64,000 nt of DNA from an uncultured delta proteobacterium (GTDB lineage Bacteria > Desulfobacterota > Binatia > UBA9968): NCBI GenBank assembly GCA_963803415.1, contig CAWDMI010000002.1, positions 3,135,677 through 3,199,676 on the forward strand, written 5' to 3'. This document shows, piece by piece, positions 18,265-27,932 of the stretch; positions within the stretch are counted from its first letter, which is position 1, and every line of letters begins with the position of its first letter. The notes under the pieces are model-generated. The model had not been told where the DNA came from, made no database searches, and saw only the letters and a list, made by a program, of their open reading frames with translations. The translations under genes and the position numbers were made by a program.

Positions 18265-18585
18265 CTATTCCCCTCCTTCAAACATGGAAGCGTCCAGTAA
18301 CCTCGCTCCGTGAATAACTCTCAGGACGTAAACCGTCCTTCTTGCTACCCGAAAGACAGTTCGGTAGTCACCGAAAACCATATGCCGGTAGCGTGTTCCT
18401 AGGTTTTCGTTCTCAGGAATGAGGGGGCATCGATTGGGAAAGGTCTCCAGCGTTTCAATTTGTTCCTCTAGTCGACCAATAAATTTATCCGCAGCTTCGG
18501 GACTATCCTGCGCGATAAAACTCCAGGCCTGTTCGATATCATTTTCCGCCGTACGGGTGATGCTAACGCGAAATTTTGCGGGCAT
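18265..18585 (-). CDS. parE: ParE/RelE-family type II toxin
   Basis: FRVSITRTAENDIEQAWSFIAQDSPEAADKF...YRHMVFGDYRTVFRV...VYVLRVIHGAR is a typical ParE pattern. Confidence 0.85.
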   Translation of the reverse strand: MPAKFRVSITRTAENDIEQAWSFIAQDSPEAADKFIGRLEEQIETLETFPNRCPLIPENENLGTRYRHMVFGDYRTVFRVARRTVYVLRVIHGARLLDASMFEGGE

Positions 18586-18847
18586 GTTTGAATTCTTTTA
18601 GAAAAGAGCGCATGGACCGTGTGCGTCCGGCGGCGACGTCTTCCTCGGCCTTGACCAGAAGCCGCATCATATTGCTCGCGCGCAAATGTTTTTCGTAAGT
18701 TTTGGTGTCCATCAAAACCGCGTCGGCTTTGCCATTTACCGTGAGCACCACGGGCCTCTGAGTGCGATGAACGTGGTTTAGAATCTCTTTGGTCTTTCGC
18801 TTCAGGTCGGTGACCGATCGGATATCTTCAGACGGATTCAGTGACAT
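18563..18847 (-). CDS. Phd/YefM-family antitoxin
   Basis: IRSVTDLKRKTKEILNHVHRTQRPVVLTVNGKADAVLMDTKTYEKL pattern. Overlaps the parE start by 23 nt. Confidence 0.85.
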   Translation of the reverse strand: MSLNPSEDIRSVTDLKRKTKEILNHVHRTQRPVVLTVNGKADAVLMDTKTYEKHLRASNMMRLLVKAEEDVAAGRTRSMRSFLKEFKHARKISR

Positions 18848-19125
18848 AAAGCTCCCCCCTTATTAGGCCGCCAAACTAGCACTAAAAATAGCACCAAATT
18901 ACATGCTCGACAATGCACTTTAAATGCGCAACGTGAAACGCAACGGGCACCCGGTACGCCTGGAGCGCCAACTTCGACTGGCAAGATGCTCATTCCCGGT
19001 TTTGTTGGAGCTATTGCAATATGTTGTATGGCTGACCTAAATGACTCGCCACCGACTACGGACAAAATCATTTTGCGAAACTGGCGAAAAATTTGACTTG
19101 ACAGTGCTTCATCAGGGCTGCTAAA

Positions 19126-19162
19126 GGCCTCCTCGTGCCCGTGTCGCGAGGAGGCCTTTTTT
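19126..19162 (+). terminator. Rho-independent-terminator-like hairpin in the leader of the kinase gene
   Basis: GGCCTCCTCG - 11-nt loop - CGAGGAGGCC followed by TTTTTT. It lies 13 nt before the GGAGGA RBS region of the 19176 gene. Confidence 0.5.
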
Positions 19163-19312
19163 ATTTGGAGGACCTATGAAGCTTCAGAGATGGCACACAA
19201 GAGCGTTGTTCCTGACGGCAGGGCTACTAGCCGCTATTCTCGTTGCAGGGACGCTGTTTTTGTCCTTCCGGTCGATGAATCGGCCTTTTCCGGGATTCTT
19301 TTTGCAGGCCAA
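19147..19312 (+). repeat. 166-bp direct repeat, copy 2
   Basis: See copy 1 (17968-18133). Confidence 0.85.
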
Positions 19313-21728
19313 TCTGACGGTCGGCCCGATCTTTGTTCCCGAATGGAGCGGAAGCCAAGCAGGATTGAGATTCCTGGATCGGGTCGTTGGGTTTCAAAGT
19401 GAGCCGCTGCGCGACCCACGCCAGATCTACGAGGTAGTCCGCAGCCATCCTGCGAACACCCCTTTTACCTATATCGTGGACAAAGATGGGGTGCGCCGCA
19501 CGGTTTCTGTGCCGTCGATGATTTTCACGTTTCGCGACTGGGTGTTGAGTTACGGCATTTACCTGCTGGTGGGAGTCGGTTTCCTGGCGATTGGATTCGC
19601 TCCCTACTACGTTGGTTCTCCGTCCCCGTCTGCGGCGGTCCTGTTCTTTATGACCAGTGCTATTTTTGTCTGGTTTACGACGACCTTTGACTTTATGACA
19701 ACGCAGATCCTGCCCGTTGAGGTCCGTGCCTTCGCTATGACTTTGACGCCCAGTCTTGGAATTCATCTCGCGCTTTTGTTGACTCAGAGAAACGAACGAC
19801 GGAACCGGCACCGGCTGTACGTTTCCCTTATTTACATTCTGTCCGCTTTGCTCGGTCTTTCTTATAGCCTCACGTTCTACGGCTCAGATCAGCTCTGGCA
19901 TCGAGCGGTGGAACTGGCTTATCTGTATGGTTGTCTGGCGGCAGTGACGTTCCTGGGATTTTTGTGGGCAGCTTTGAGGCAGCCGGTTTCACAGTTGGAA
20001 AGATCGCGCCTGCGCATCGTACTGGTGGGAGCGACAATCGGGTTTTTCTTACCTACTTTGGGGACGGTTCTCGTCAGTTCTTTTCACTGGGATATTCCTT
20101 ACAATTTCCTGTTAATTCCCACGGTGTTTTTCCCGCTTTCCGTGGCTTATGCGCTGGTCAAATATAATCTTTTTGAAATCGATGTGTTACTCAAAGTCAG
20201 TTTGACCCGGGTTGCTCTTACCGGGGCGCTGCTGCTGATTTACGTGCTGATTGCTTCTTTGCTGAGCTTCTCTCTAGGGATTTACGAGACGGATCCGCTG
20301 GCGCCGTTGCTCTTTTCGATCCTTGTGGCATTGGTCTTCAATCCCATGATGCGCTCTACCGAAGCGCTTGTGAACCGTTACCTGGATCATAAGGAGTACG
20401 ACCCCAAACAGTTGCAGAGCGAAGTGAATATGTTGTTCCGGTCGCTTGCGCGGCCGCAGGTCGTGGCGGAAAAGTACCTGGAAAAGATTACCGGACGAAT
20501 CGGAATCGACGTTGGGTTACTTTTGATTTCCTCTCTTGACAGAAGCTATGTCTTGCTTAGCGGTCGCGCGGGCAAAGCTGCGATCCAGGAACTGCCATCA
20601 ACTTTTCACGCGCGGTGGCTTCAGCACTTCCGGCGGCACCGAAAGGGCATGACGAAAGACGAAGCCGCGACGGATCCGATCCACGAAGAAAACCGAAGAA
20701 GTCTTCTGGTGATCTTCGAGGAATTGCAAGCCGAGCTTCTGATTCCGGTCGTTTTTGAGGATGAGCTGGTGGGACTTGTGGCCTTGGGAAAAAAGCAGTC
20801 CGGCAGAGGTTATAACGCCAACGATTTCGAACTTCTTTGCAATCTCACCGATCAGCTCGCGGTGGCGCTGGAAAACGGACTCCTGTTCGAAGAGTCGGAA
20901 ACAGCGAAGGAGAAATACCGGACGTTATTCGACGAGGCGCAGGCGCTCAACCGCAAGCTGCTGGATATGGACCGACTCAAAAAGCACTTTGTCGCCAATG
21001 TTTCGCACGAGCTGCGGACGCCGATTAGCACGATTCTCGGCTATGCGGAAATCCTGCAAAACATCGGAGTTACCAAGGATACACACTGGGTTCTGGAGCG
21101 CCTGGTGACCAATGGCCAGGAACTTTCCCAACTCATGGATAGCCTATTGGACTTCTCGGGGATGGAGGCGGGCGCGATGACCACGACGCTTCAGCAGGTC
21201 AATTTGGAAAGTCTTTTGGCGTCGATGGAAACCGTAGCGTGCCGGCTGATTCGCGAACGTCCGATTCGTTTTCGTCGTGCGGTTGAACCCACGTTGAAGG
21301 TGCTTGAAACGGACGCCAAGAAATTGCAGCAAATTCTCATGCAACTTGTGACTAACGCGGTGAAGTTCACCGAAAACGGAGAGATCGCGATCGAAGGTCG
21401 GCCGGCTTTCGACAAGGGCGAGGCGGCGATTGAAATTGCAGTAATCGACACGGGAATCGGCATTCGCGCAGAAGATCGGGAAGTGATCTTTGAAGAGTTT
21501 CGCCAGTTGGATGGATCTTCGACCCGGCGCTACGGCGGAACTGGAGTTGGGCTAAGCCTGTGCAGAAAACTGACGGAATCTCTGGGTGGAAGGATCGAAG
21601 TTGCGAGCGCGGTCGGTTGCGGGAGCACCTTCAGCGTGATTCTTCCTCAGCGGCCTCCGGAGGCGCTGCTGGCAATGCAATCCGGCGGAGCGGATCTTTA
21701 CCCGGGGTCTGTCGCGAGAGAAGCTTAG
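19176..21728 (+). CDS. Multi-pass membrane sensor histidine kinase with GAF domain (orphan; no adjacent response regulator)
   Basis: About 9-10 hydrophobic segments in the first ~390 aa. GAF-like region (ELLIPVVFEDELVGLVALGKKQSGRGYNANDFELL). H-box FVANVSHELRTPIS. G-boxes DTGIGI and GTGVGLSLC. Confidence 0.85.
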   Translation: MKLQRWHTRALFLTAGLLAAILVAGTLFLSFRSMNRPFPGFFLQANLTVGPIFVPEWSGSQAGLRFLDRVVGFQSEPLRDPRQIYEVVRSHPANTPFTYIVDKDGVRRTVSVPSMIFTFRDWVLSYGIYLLVGVGFLAIGFAPYYVGSPSPSAAVLFFMTSAIFVWFTTTFDFMTTQILPVEVRAFAMTLTPSLGIHLALLLTQRNERRNRHRLYVSLIYILSALLGLSYSLTFYGSDQLWHRAVELAYLYGCLAAVTFLGFLWAALRQPVSQLERSRLRIVLVGATIGFFLPTLGTVLVSSFHWDIPYNFLLIPTVFFPLSVAYALVKYNLFEIDVLLKVSLTRVALTGALLLIYVLIASLLSFSLGIYETDPLAPLLFSILVALVFNPMMRSTEALVNRYLDHKEYDPKQLQSEVNMLFRSLARPQVVAEKYLEKITGRIGIDVGLLLISSLDRSYVLLSGRAGKAAIQELPSTFHARWLQHFRRHRKGMTKDEAATDPIHEENRRSLLVIFEELQAELLIPVVFEDELVGLVALGKKQSGRGYNANDFELLCNLTDQLAVALENGLLFEESETAKEKYRTLFDEAQALNRKLLDMDRLKKHFVANVSHELRTPISTILGYAEILQNIGVTKDTHWVLERLVTNGQELSQLMDSLLDFSGMEAGAMTTTLQQVNLESLLASMETVACRLIRERPIRFRRAVEPTLKVLETDAKKLQQILMQLVTNAVKFTENGEIAIEGRPAFDKGEAAIEIAVIDTGIGIRAEDREVIFEEFRQLDGSSTRRYGGTGVGLSLCRKLTESLGGRIEVASAVGCGSTFSVILPQRPPEALLAMQSGGADLYPGSVAREA

Positions 21729-22525
21729 GAGACCTTTACTTTCCGTTGGATCTTGCGCGCGGTGGTGATAAAGCCGGTATGCGCGACCATACGATGCTCC
21801 GGGCGTACACTCAAGTCCTTGACATGCCAGAAGCGCAGCAGACTCTCCATCGTCTCAATGCAACCGAAGCCTCCATGCGCTCGCAGGGAATCCACGAAAC
21901 TCTTGACCTGGAGAACGGTGGGGACAAAGCCGAGCAAAACCCCTCCGGGGCAGAGGGCTCCCCAGGCTCTCTCTGTAACTCTCCAGGGCTCAGGAAGATC
22001 AAGAATAATCCGGTCGACGGCTGTTTCCTCGAGATCCATAGCGACATCGCCGATCTTGGCCGTCCAATTCGCCGCCTCGCCGTAGAACCGTTGAACGTTG
22101 TCGCGCGCCATTTTCAGGAAATCCTCGCGGATCTCGTAGGAGATCACGCGACCCGCTGATCCGACAGCGCGGAGCAGCGCCATCGTCAAGGCTGCGGGTC
22201 CAACGCCGGCTTCCACGACCGTGGCTCCGGGAAAGACGTCGGCCCAGAGAAGGATGGGGCCGATGTCTTTAGGATAAATCACTTGAGCTTGCCGCGGCAA
22301 GTTCGGGATTAGTTGTGCCAGCGTCGGCCGGAGGACGATGAACTCTTCATTCATCGAGGAACGAACCACGCTCCCGTCCTCGGCGCCGATAAGCTCCGCA
22401 CTGGCAATCTTTCCGCCACGGATGAGGACGTCTTTTCCGCGACCGAGTCTCTTGAGGTAGAGCCTGTGCTTCCGATCGAGGAGGACGACGGACTCGCCGT
22501 CGGTCAGAGGGCCTCTGGGCAACAT
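21725..22525 (-). CDS. trmI: tRNA (adenine58-N1)-methyltransferase TrmI/GCD14
   Basis: IYPKDIGPILLWADVFPGATVVEAGVGPAALTMALLRAVG and DRIILDLPEPW motifs. Confidence 0.85.
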   Translation of the reverse strand: MLPRGPLTDGESVVLLDRKHRLYLKRLGRGKDVLIRGGKIASAELIGAEDGSVVRSSMNEEFIVLRPTLAQLIPNLPRQAQVIYPKDIGPILLWADVFPGATVVEAGVGPAALTMALLRAVGSAGRVISYEIREDFLKMARDNVQRFYGEAANWTAKIGDVAMDLEETAVDRIILDLPEPWRVTERAWGALCPGGVLLGFVPTVLQVKSFVDSLRAHGGFGCIETMESLLRFWHVKDLSVRPEHRMVAHTGFITTARKIQRKVKVS

Positions 22526-22764
22526 TTTTTCAACTCGCGAGTAATCCTAGCGCGGCAGAGCCGCGACCAAAACAGTAAGCCTTGTTTACCACAGATACGC
22601 TGAGTTCACAGAGGATTTACAGCATAGGGCGATGCGCATAGAGCATGGGGCGGAGGGACGCCGTGCCCTTCACGCCATGCTCTATGCCAGTATTCTGCGT
22701 GCTGCGCGCCTCCGCGGTGAGTTCTTCTCTGAATCGATACAATCCAGAATAGCCACTGGGAAAT

Positions 22765-23877
22765 TTAAAGGAGATGATTGTAGCCTTCCCGTTCCAATTG
22801 AGCTACCAGAGTACGCAGATCCTGGGACCTTTTGAGGTCCCCCACCAGCAGAGCGTCCGGGGTGTCAATGACGGCCGCGTGCCGCAGGCCCAGTAGGACC
22901 GCGAGGCGCGCGGGGGAGTAAATCAGACAATCGTGCGAATCCACCGTCAGCCATTTGCCTACGCCACCGTTACCCTGAGGGTCTCGTGGCAACAACTGGT
23001 GCAAGGCGGCCCAGCTGCCAACGTCGCTCCAGCCGAAGTTTCCCGGCACGGTGACCACCCGCCCTGCCGCGCCAGCCTTTTCCAATACCGCATGATCCAC
23101 CGACAAGTTCGGCATTTTACCGTATTGACGCGCGACGGCCGCGCGCAACCGAGCAGTAGGGGTCCGTAAGCTCGCGTGGCGCATGATCTTGGCGATTTCT
23201 TCCAGCGAGCGGTAGATTCGCGGGCTGAACTCCTTAAGCAAGTTTAAAATCGTCTCGACCCTCCAAATGAAGATGCCGCTATTCCACAGCGAACCTGAAC
23301 GGACCAGGCGAGCCGCTTCCGCCAGAGGTGGCTTTTCTTTGAATCCGCGCACGTGGAAAGCGGCAAGGTCTCGGGATTGCCGGAGGGGCTTGCCCTTAAC
23401 AATATAGCCATATCCTGTTTCGGGATAGTTGGGCTGGATCCCGATCGTCACTGCCACGTCGTCATGTTGGCTTGCGATGGCCAGACCGGTCTTCAGGGTT
23501 TCGCGGAACGCTTTGACATCGGCGATCCAATGGTCTGCTGGCAGAACGACCATGACCGCGTTAGAATCCAGCTTTGCGAGCTCAAGCGCGGCCAGACCGA
23601 TGCATGGAGCCGTGTTTCTGCCGACCGGCTCCGTAATACAATTGGTCTTTGGAATGACGCCAAGTTCTCTGCGCACCGCTTGCGCGTGCTCGCGCACGGT
23701 GACGACTAGAGTGTGCCGGCGGCCGACAAGCGGAATCACGCGATCTGCAGTTTCGCGGATCAGGCTTTTGCGCGAGAGAATCTTGAGCAGTTGCTTGGGG
23801 TAATGCGCGCGACTCACGGGCCAGAAGCGGGTTCCCCGGCCGCCTGCCATGATCAAAGCAAAACGAGTGGGCCTCAT
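22765..23877 (-). CDS. Mannose-1-phosphate guanylyltransferase-like nucleotidyltransferase
   Basis: Start at the ATG at 23877. FALIMAGGRGTRFWPVSRAHYPKQLL N-terminal signature; GYGYI. Confidence 0.8.
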   Translation of the reverse strand: MRPTRFALIMAGGRGTRFWPVSRAHYPKQLLKILSRKSLIRETADRVIPLVGRRHTLVVTVREHAQAVRRELGVIPKTNCITEPVGRNTAPCIGLAALELAKLDSNAVMVVLPADHWIADVKAFRETLKTGLAIASQHDDVAVTIGIQPNYPETGYGYIVKGKPLRQSRDLAAFHVRGFKEKPPLAEAARLVRSGSLWNSGIFIWRVETILNLLKEFSPRIYRSLEEIAKIMRHASLRTPTARLRAAVARQYGKMPNLSVDHAVLEKAGAAGRVVTVPGNFGWSDVGSWAALHQLLPRDPQGNGGVGKWLTVDSHDCLIYSPARLAVLLGLRHAAVIDTPDALLVGDLKRSQDLRTLVAQLEREGYNHLL

Positions 23878-23934
23878 CGATACATTGTTGCGCGCATAGA
23901 TCTTGGTACGTTGGCAGCAGCCGCAGACATCTAT

Positions 23935-24915
23935 ATGAAAGAACAACCGCTAAATCAAGACTTAGGCTACGTGATGCACTGGACCGTTCCGCAGACTAAC
24001 GAGGGCATGAGACTCGATACCTTCTTGCACATTCTGCTGCCGCATTTGTCTTTGCGCCAGTTGAGAAGGGCACTTGAGGACGGGGCTTTCCGCGTCAATG
24101 GAGGCAGGGTGGGCAAAAAGGGTGACGCGGTGATTGAAGGGGATGTGATCTCTTATCGTGGGCCGGCGACTTTGCTTGCCGCCGAGGTGTCGCCACAGTT
24201 CGCCGCCAATGTGGTCATCGTTTACGAAGACGCATCGATTCTGGTCGTGGAAAAACCTCCAGGAATGCCGTGTCACGGTTTTTCGGGAAGGGAGACGAAC
24301 TCGCTGGCGAATCATTTGGTGGCCATCAGACCCGGTCTTAAAAAGATCGGTAAGAGTCCATGGGAGCCCGGGCTGGTGCACCGCCTGGATCGGGAAACCT
24401 CGGGTCTGATTGTGGTCGCCAAAGATGAGGCGGCGTTCGGTTGTCTGCGCGCGCAGTTCCGCAGCGGCTTAGTGCAAAAGAAATATTGGGCCCTGGTCTG
24501 GGGAAATACCGCCTTAGAAGGAACCATCGATGACCCATTGACTCACGATGCGAAAGATCGACGCAAGATGAAAGTGCTGGTAAACTTGGCGGATCATCCA
24601 AGAGTGAGAAAATGGGCTGCATTTACGCGCTACCGGACTGCGGCTCAGACCGGGGACGTTAGCCTGGTCGAGGTCGAGATGGTTACCGGGGTCATGCACC
24701 AGATCCGCGCGCATTTGGCCGCGATCGGGCACCCCTTAGTCGGAGACTCTCTCTACGGGCCGGAGCAATATTTGTCCTTGCCGTTTGGAAGGCACTTCCT
24801 ACACGCGTTTTTTCTTGCTTGCCGGCATCCCGAGAGCGGTGCCGTCGTGTCGTGGGAGAGCCCTTTGCCCCAAGACCTGCGTGCAATTCTGCAAGCGGTA
24901 AAAATACTGGTTTAA
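23935..24915 (+). CDS. rluD: RluA-family 23S rRNA pseudouridine synthase (RluD-like, with S4 domain)
   Basis: S4-like RLDTFL...LSLRQLRRALEDGAFRVNG. Catalytic HRLDRETSGLIVVAK. HQIRAHLAAIGHPLVGD. The start could also be the ATG at 23974. Confidence 0.85.
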   Translation: MKEQPLNQDLGYVMHWTVPQTNEGMRLDTFLHILLPHLSLRQLRRALEDGAFRVNGGRVGKKGDAVIEGDVISYRGPATLLAAEVSPQFAANVVIVYEDASILVVEKPPGMPCHGFSGRETNSLANHLVAIRPGLKKIGKSPWEPGLVHRLDRETSGLIVVAKDEAAFGCLRAQFRSGLVQKKYWALVWGNTALEGTIDDPLTHDAKDRRKMKVLVNLADHPRVRKWAAFTRYRTAAQTGDVSLVEVEMVTGVMHQIRAHLAAIGHPLVGDSLYGPEQYLSLPFGRHFLHAFFLACRHPESGAVVSWESPLPQDLRAILQAVKILV

Positions 24916-25268
24916 GAGGCTGTGCCTGTGATGCCGCGCTCTTTGGCGCAGGCGCTGCAGAAGTTGCTTTGGTTGCGGGGATCTTCGACTAGCCCCTCGT
25001 CGAGGTTATGGCAAATTTTTTTGCAGGCCGCGCAAATGAAATAGATACCCTCGATCGTCTTGTTGATTTTTTCCCGATTGAGGACGCGACCTTTGAGCTT
25101 CTCGATGCGGATGCCGAGAAGCTCCTCGTAGTTTTTCTTGATTTTTAATCGCCCGGCTTCGTCACTGGGAAGATCTTGGTCTTCAGACTCCTCGTCGGGA
25201 TCGTCCATGCTTCTGCGGCCCTTTGACTTTCCCTCACTGCTTGAGGTTTTTTTCTTCACCCTGGGCAT
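24912..25268 (-). CDS. Hypothetical protein, basic/acidic N-terminus and C-terminal CxxC...CxxC zinc ribbon
   Basis: The ATG at 25268 follows GAGGTGG. CAACKKIC...FCSACAKE. Confidence 0.5.
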   Translation of the reverse strand: MPRVKKKTSSSEGKSKGRRSMDDPDEESEDQDLPSDEAGRLKIKKNYEELLGIRIEKLKGRVLNREKINKTIEGIYFICAACKKICHNLDEGLVEDPRNQSNFCSACAKERGITGTAS

Positions 25269-25422
25269 AGTCCACCTCTGTTTTTTACCGAACTTGGCGT
25301 CACGCGCCGCCATAAAAAGGCCGGCAGGAAGCGCTTGCTTGCCGGCAAGGTGGGATTTTTCTATAGTGAATCCAAGAGGTTGTCAATAGACGCTAGCAAG
25401 TCGCTGCTCTCGGTGCCGGAAG

Positions 25423-26589
25423 ATGAAGGCAGCAGGTGAAACATCATTTCAACGTCGCGGGGTAGTGGAGGGTTTTTTCGGCCCACCATGGGGACACGCA
25501 GACCGCCAAGCCCTATTCGCCTTTGCTGACCGTTGCGGTATGAACACGTATCTCTACGCCCCAAAGGACGATTTGTACCACCGCGAACGCTGGGACCAAC
25601 CTTACCCGAAACCCCTTTGGGCTGAGCTCTGTAAACTCATCCACGCGGCGCAGAGTCGCGGAATCGACTTTGTTTACGGTTTTCATCCCGGAAGAGGGTT
25701 GTCCTTTTCGGCCTCGACGCCGGTTCGTCGTCTTTTGATCAAGGCGCAGAGATTTTACGAAACAGGAATTCGCACCTTCGCGATTCTTTTTGACGACATT
25801 CCCTCGCGGCTAGAGTTTGCCAGAGACCGCAAAGCGTTTCACGGAAGCTTGGCGCGCGCGGAAGCATCGTGGATGCGGCGGGTCGTGGAATCGGTTCCTG
25901 CAAGCTGGTCGAACGTCGAGTGGTGGTTTTGTCCGTCGTACTACAGCGAAGACCCTTTATTGGCGAGAATGTTTGGCGCTTTTGAGAAGGAGTTTTTGAC
26001 CACGCTTTCACGTTACCTCCCCGATCGCGTCGCGTGCCTGTGGACCGGTCCGCGCGTTGTGTCTAAGGCCATTACCTTGGCGCACGCGCGCAAGATCTTG
26101 AAGCAACTTAATCGGCGCCTGATTCTCTGGGACAATTATCCAGTCAACGATTTGGCCATGAGTGCCGAACTGCACCTCGGGCCGCTGACTGGACGCGACC
26201 CGCGCCTGCCGGAAGTGATTTATGGTTATCTGAATAATCCGATGTTGCAGCCGACCCTCAGTCTCATTCCCCTTGCCACGTGCTGCGAATATGCCAACAA
26301 TCCCGTGCGCTACCGGCCGGAAGACAGCTGGGAACGAGCCGTCCGCGCGAGTTTCGGATCCACAGGCCTGCCGCACTGGAGAGCGATCCGAACGTTTTGT
26401 GAACGTCTCAACAGCACGAAAAAAAAAGGCCGTGCTTTCCCCGGTTCGCTCAAGCAACGGAAGGCTCTGCTTGCCGCCTGCAGCTATCTTCAGAGACACC
26501 GCAATCAAAATTGGTTTCGCGAATTGGAGCCTTGGTACCAATGGATCAACGAGTCATTACGACTTGAACCATCGAACCGGTTGACGTAA
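25423..26589 (+). CDS. GH84-family beta-N-acetylglucosaminidase (O-GlcNAcase/NagJ-like catalytic domain), no signal peptide
   Basis: RGVVEGFFGPPW, YLYAPKDD, catalytic FAILFDDIP (DD pair), LWDNYPVND. Confidence 0.8.
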   Translation: MKAAGETSFQRRGVVEGFFGPPWGHADRQALFAFADRCGMNTYLYAPKDDLYHRERWDQPYPKPLWAELCKLIHAAQSRGIDFVYGFHPGRGLSFSASTPVRRLLIKAQRFYETGIRTFAILFDDIPSRLEFARDRKAFHGSLARAEASWMRRVVESVPASWSNVEWWFCPSYYSEDPLLARMFGAFEKEFLTTLSRYLPDRVACLWTGPRVVSKAITLAHARKILKQLNRRLILWDNYPVNDLAMSAELHLGPLTGRDPRLPEVIYGYLNNPMLQPTLSLIPLATCCEYANNPVRYRPEDSWERAVRASFGSTGLPHWRAIRTFCERLNSTKKKGRAFPGSLKQRKALLAACSYLQRHRNQNWFRELEPWYQWINESLRLEPSNRLT

Positions 26590-26606
26590 GAAAAATAGGT
26601 TTATCG

Positions 26607-27926
26607 ATGAAGCGAAAAGGAGAAGCCGCGGTGCTCACTACCGACCAGTTGGTTGGAATCGCCCGTGAGGCCCGGTCACGCACGCACGCCTTGATAGAGG
26701 ACTTAAGCGATGAGCAACTGATCGGCCCGCACCTGGAGATTGTGAATCCGCTGTTGTGGGAGATCGGTCATGTCGCGTGGTTTCAGGAGCGCTGGGCGCT
26801 GCGTCACCTGCGCGGCCAAAAGTCACTGATGGAGGGCAGCGACGCCCGCTACGACTCCGCCGCGGTAGCACACGACACCCGCTGGGACTTGCCGCTTCCG
26901 AACCGAGCGCAAACGCTTCTTTATATGGAAAACGTCCTGAATCGGGTCGTGGAGTTTCTTGGAGCACGTAAGTGCGACGACGAGGAAGCGTATTTCCACT
27001 TGCTGTCGACCTTTCATGAGGATATGCACGACGAAGCGATCACGTACACGAGGCAAACCCTAAGCTATCGGGCGCCGCAATTGGCGGAAGCAGAGCGTGG
27101 AACTTTTGAGGGCGGGTTTCTCGACGGCGACGCCGAAATCCCAGGCGGAAAGTTTCGACTGGGAGCTGCCGATAACTCTCGTTTTGTATTCGACAATGAA
27201 AAATGGGCCCATGAGGTGGAAGTCAAGCCGTTTTGCATCGCGCGCGCGGCTGTGACCAATGGAGCCTTTGCCGAGTTTGTCGAAGCCGGAGGCTATAAGA
27301 AGCGGGAACATTGGAGCGAGCGGGGATGGAGTTGGAGGGAAAGGACGGCCGCCGAGCACCCGGTGTACTGGGAACGTGGAGCGGGGGGGCATTGGCTTCA
27401 GCGCACCTTTGACCAGCGGCTTTTGCTCCGTGAGACTCTCCCTGTGATCCATGTCAACTGGTACGAGGCGGAAGCTTACTGTAACTGGGCCAATAGGAGG
27501 CTACCCGCAGAAGTGGAATGGGAAATGGCCGCGTCCGGGGAGCCGGAGCCGAACGGGTATGAGGTTGCGGCGGAAAAACGAGTGTTCCCATGGGGTGCCG
27601 AGCCCCCAACGCCGGAGCGGGCCAATCTGGATTGGGGCCGCGCGGGCTGTATCGACGTAGGTGCCTTGCCGGTGGGGGACAGCGCTTTTGGCTGCCGCCA
27701 GATGATCGGCAACGTTTGGGAGTGGACGGCGAGCGATTTTCTGCCCTATCCGGGGTTTGCAATCGATCCCTACAAAGAATATTCGCAGCCCTGGTTCGGA
27801 TCGCAAAAGGTTTTGCGCGGCGGGTGTTGGACAACGCGTTCGCGGCTGATTCGCAACACGTGGCGTAACTTCTACACGCCCGACCGGCGTGATGTGTGGG
27901 CTGGCTTTCGCACCTGCGCGAAGTAA
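26607..27926 (+). CDS. EgtB/SenA-family sulfoxide (or selenoxide) synthase: DinB_2 + FGE-sulfatase domains
   Basis: Iron ligand motifs WEIGHVAWF and TFHEDMHDEA. FGE-type C-terminus (NVWEWTASDF...RGGCW...R). Sequence alone cannot separate EgtB from SenA. Confidence 0.85.
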   Translation: MKRKGEAAVLTTDQLVGIAREARSRTHALIEDLSDEQLIGPHLEIVNPLLWEIGHVAWFQERWALRHLRGQKSLMEGSDARYDSAAVAHDTRWDLPLPNRAQTLLYMENVLNRVVEFLGARKCDDEEAYFHLLSTFHEDMHDEAITYTRQTLSYRAPQLAEAERGTFEGGFLDGDAEIPGGKFRLGAADNSRFVFDNEKWAHEVEVKPFCIARAAVTNGAFAEFVEAGGYKKREHWSERGWSWRERTAAEHPVYWERGAGGHWLQRTFDQRLLLRETLPVIHVNWYEAEAYCNWANRRLPAEVEWEMAASGEPEPNGYEVAAEKRVFPWGAEPPTPERANLDWGRAGCIDVGALPVGDSAFGCRQMIGNVWEWTASDFLPYPGFAIDPYKEYSQPWFGSQKVLRGGCWTTRSRLIRNTWRNFYTPDRRDVWAGFRTCAK

Positions 27927-27932
27927 GCGGCG

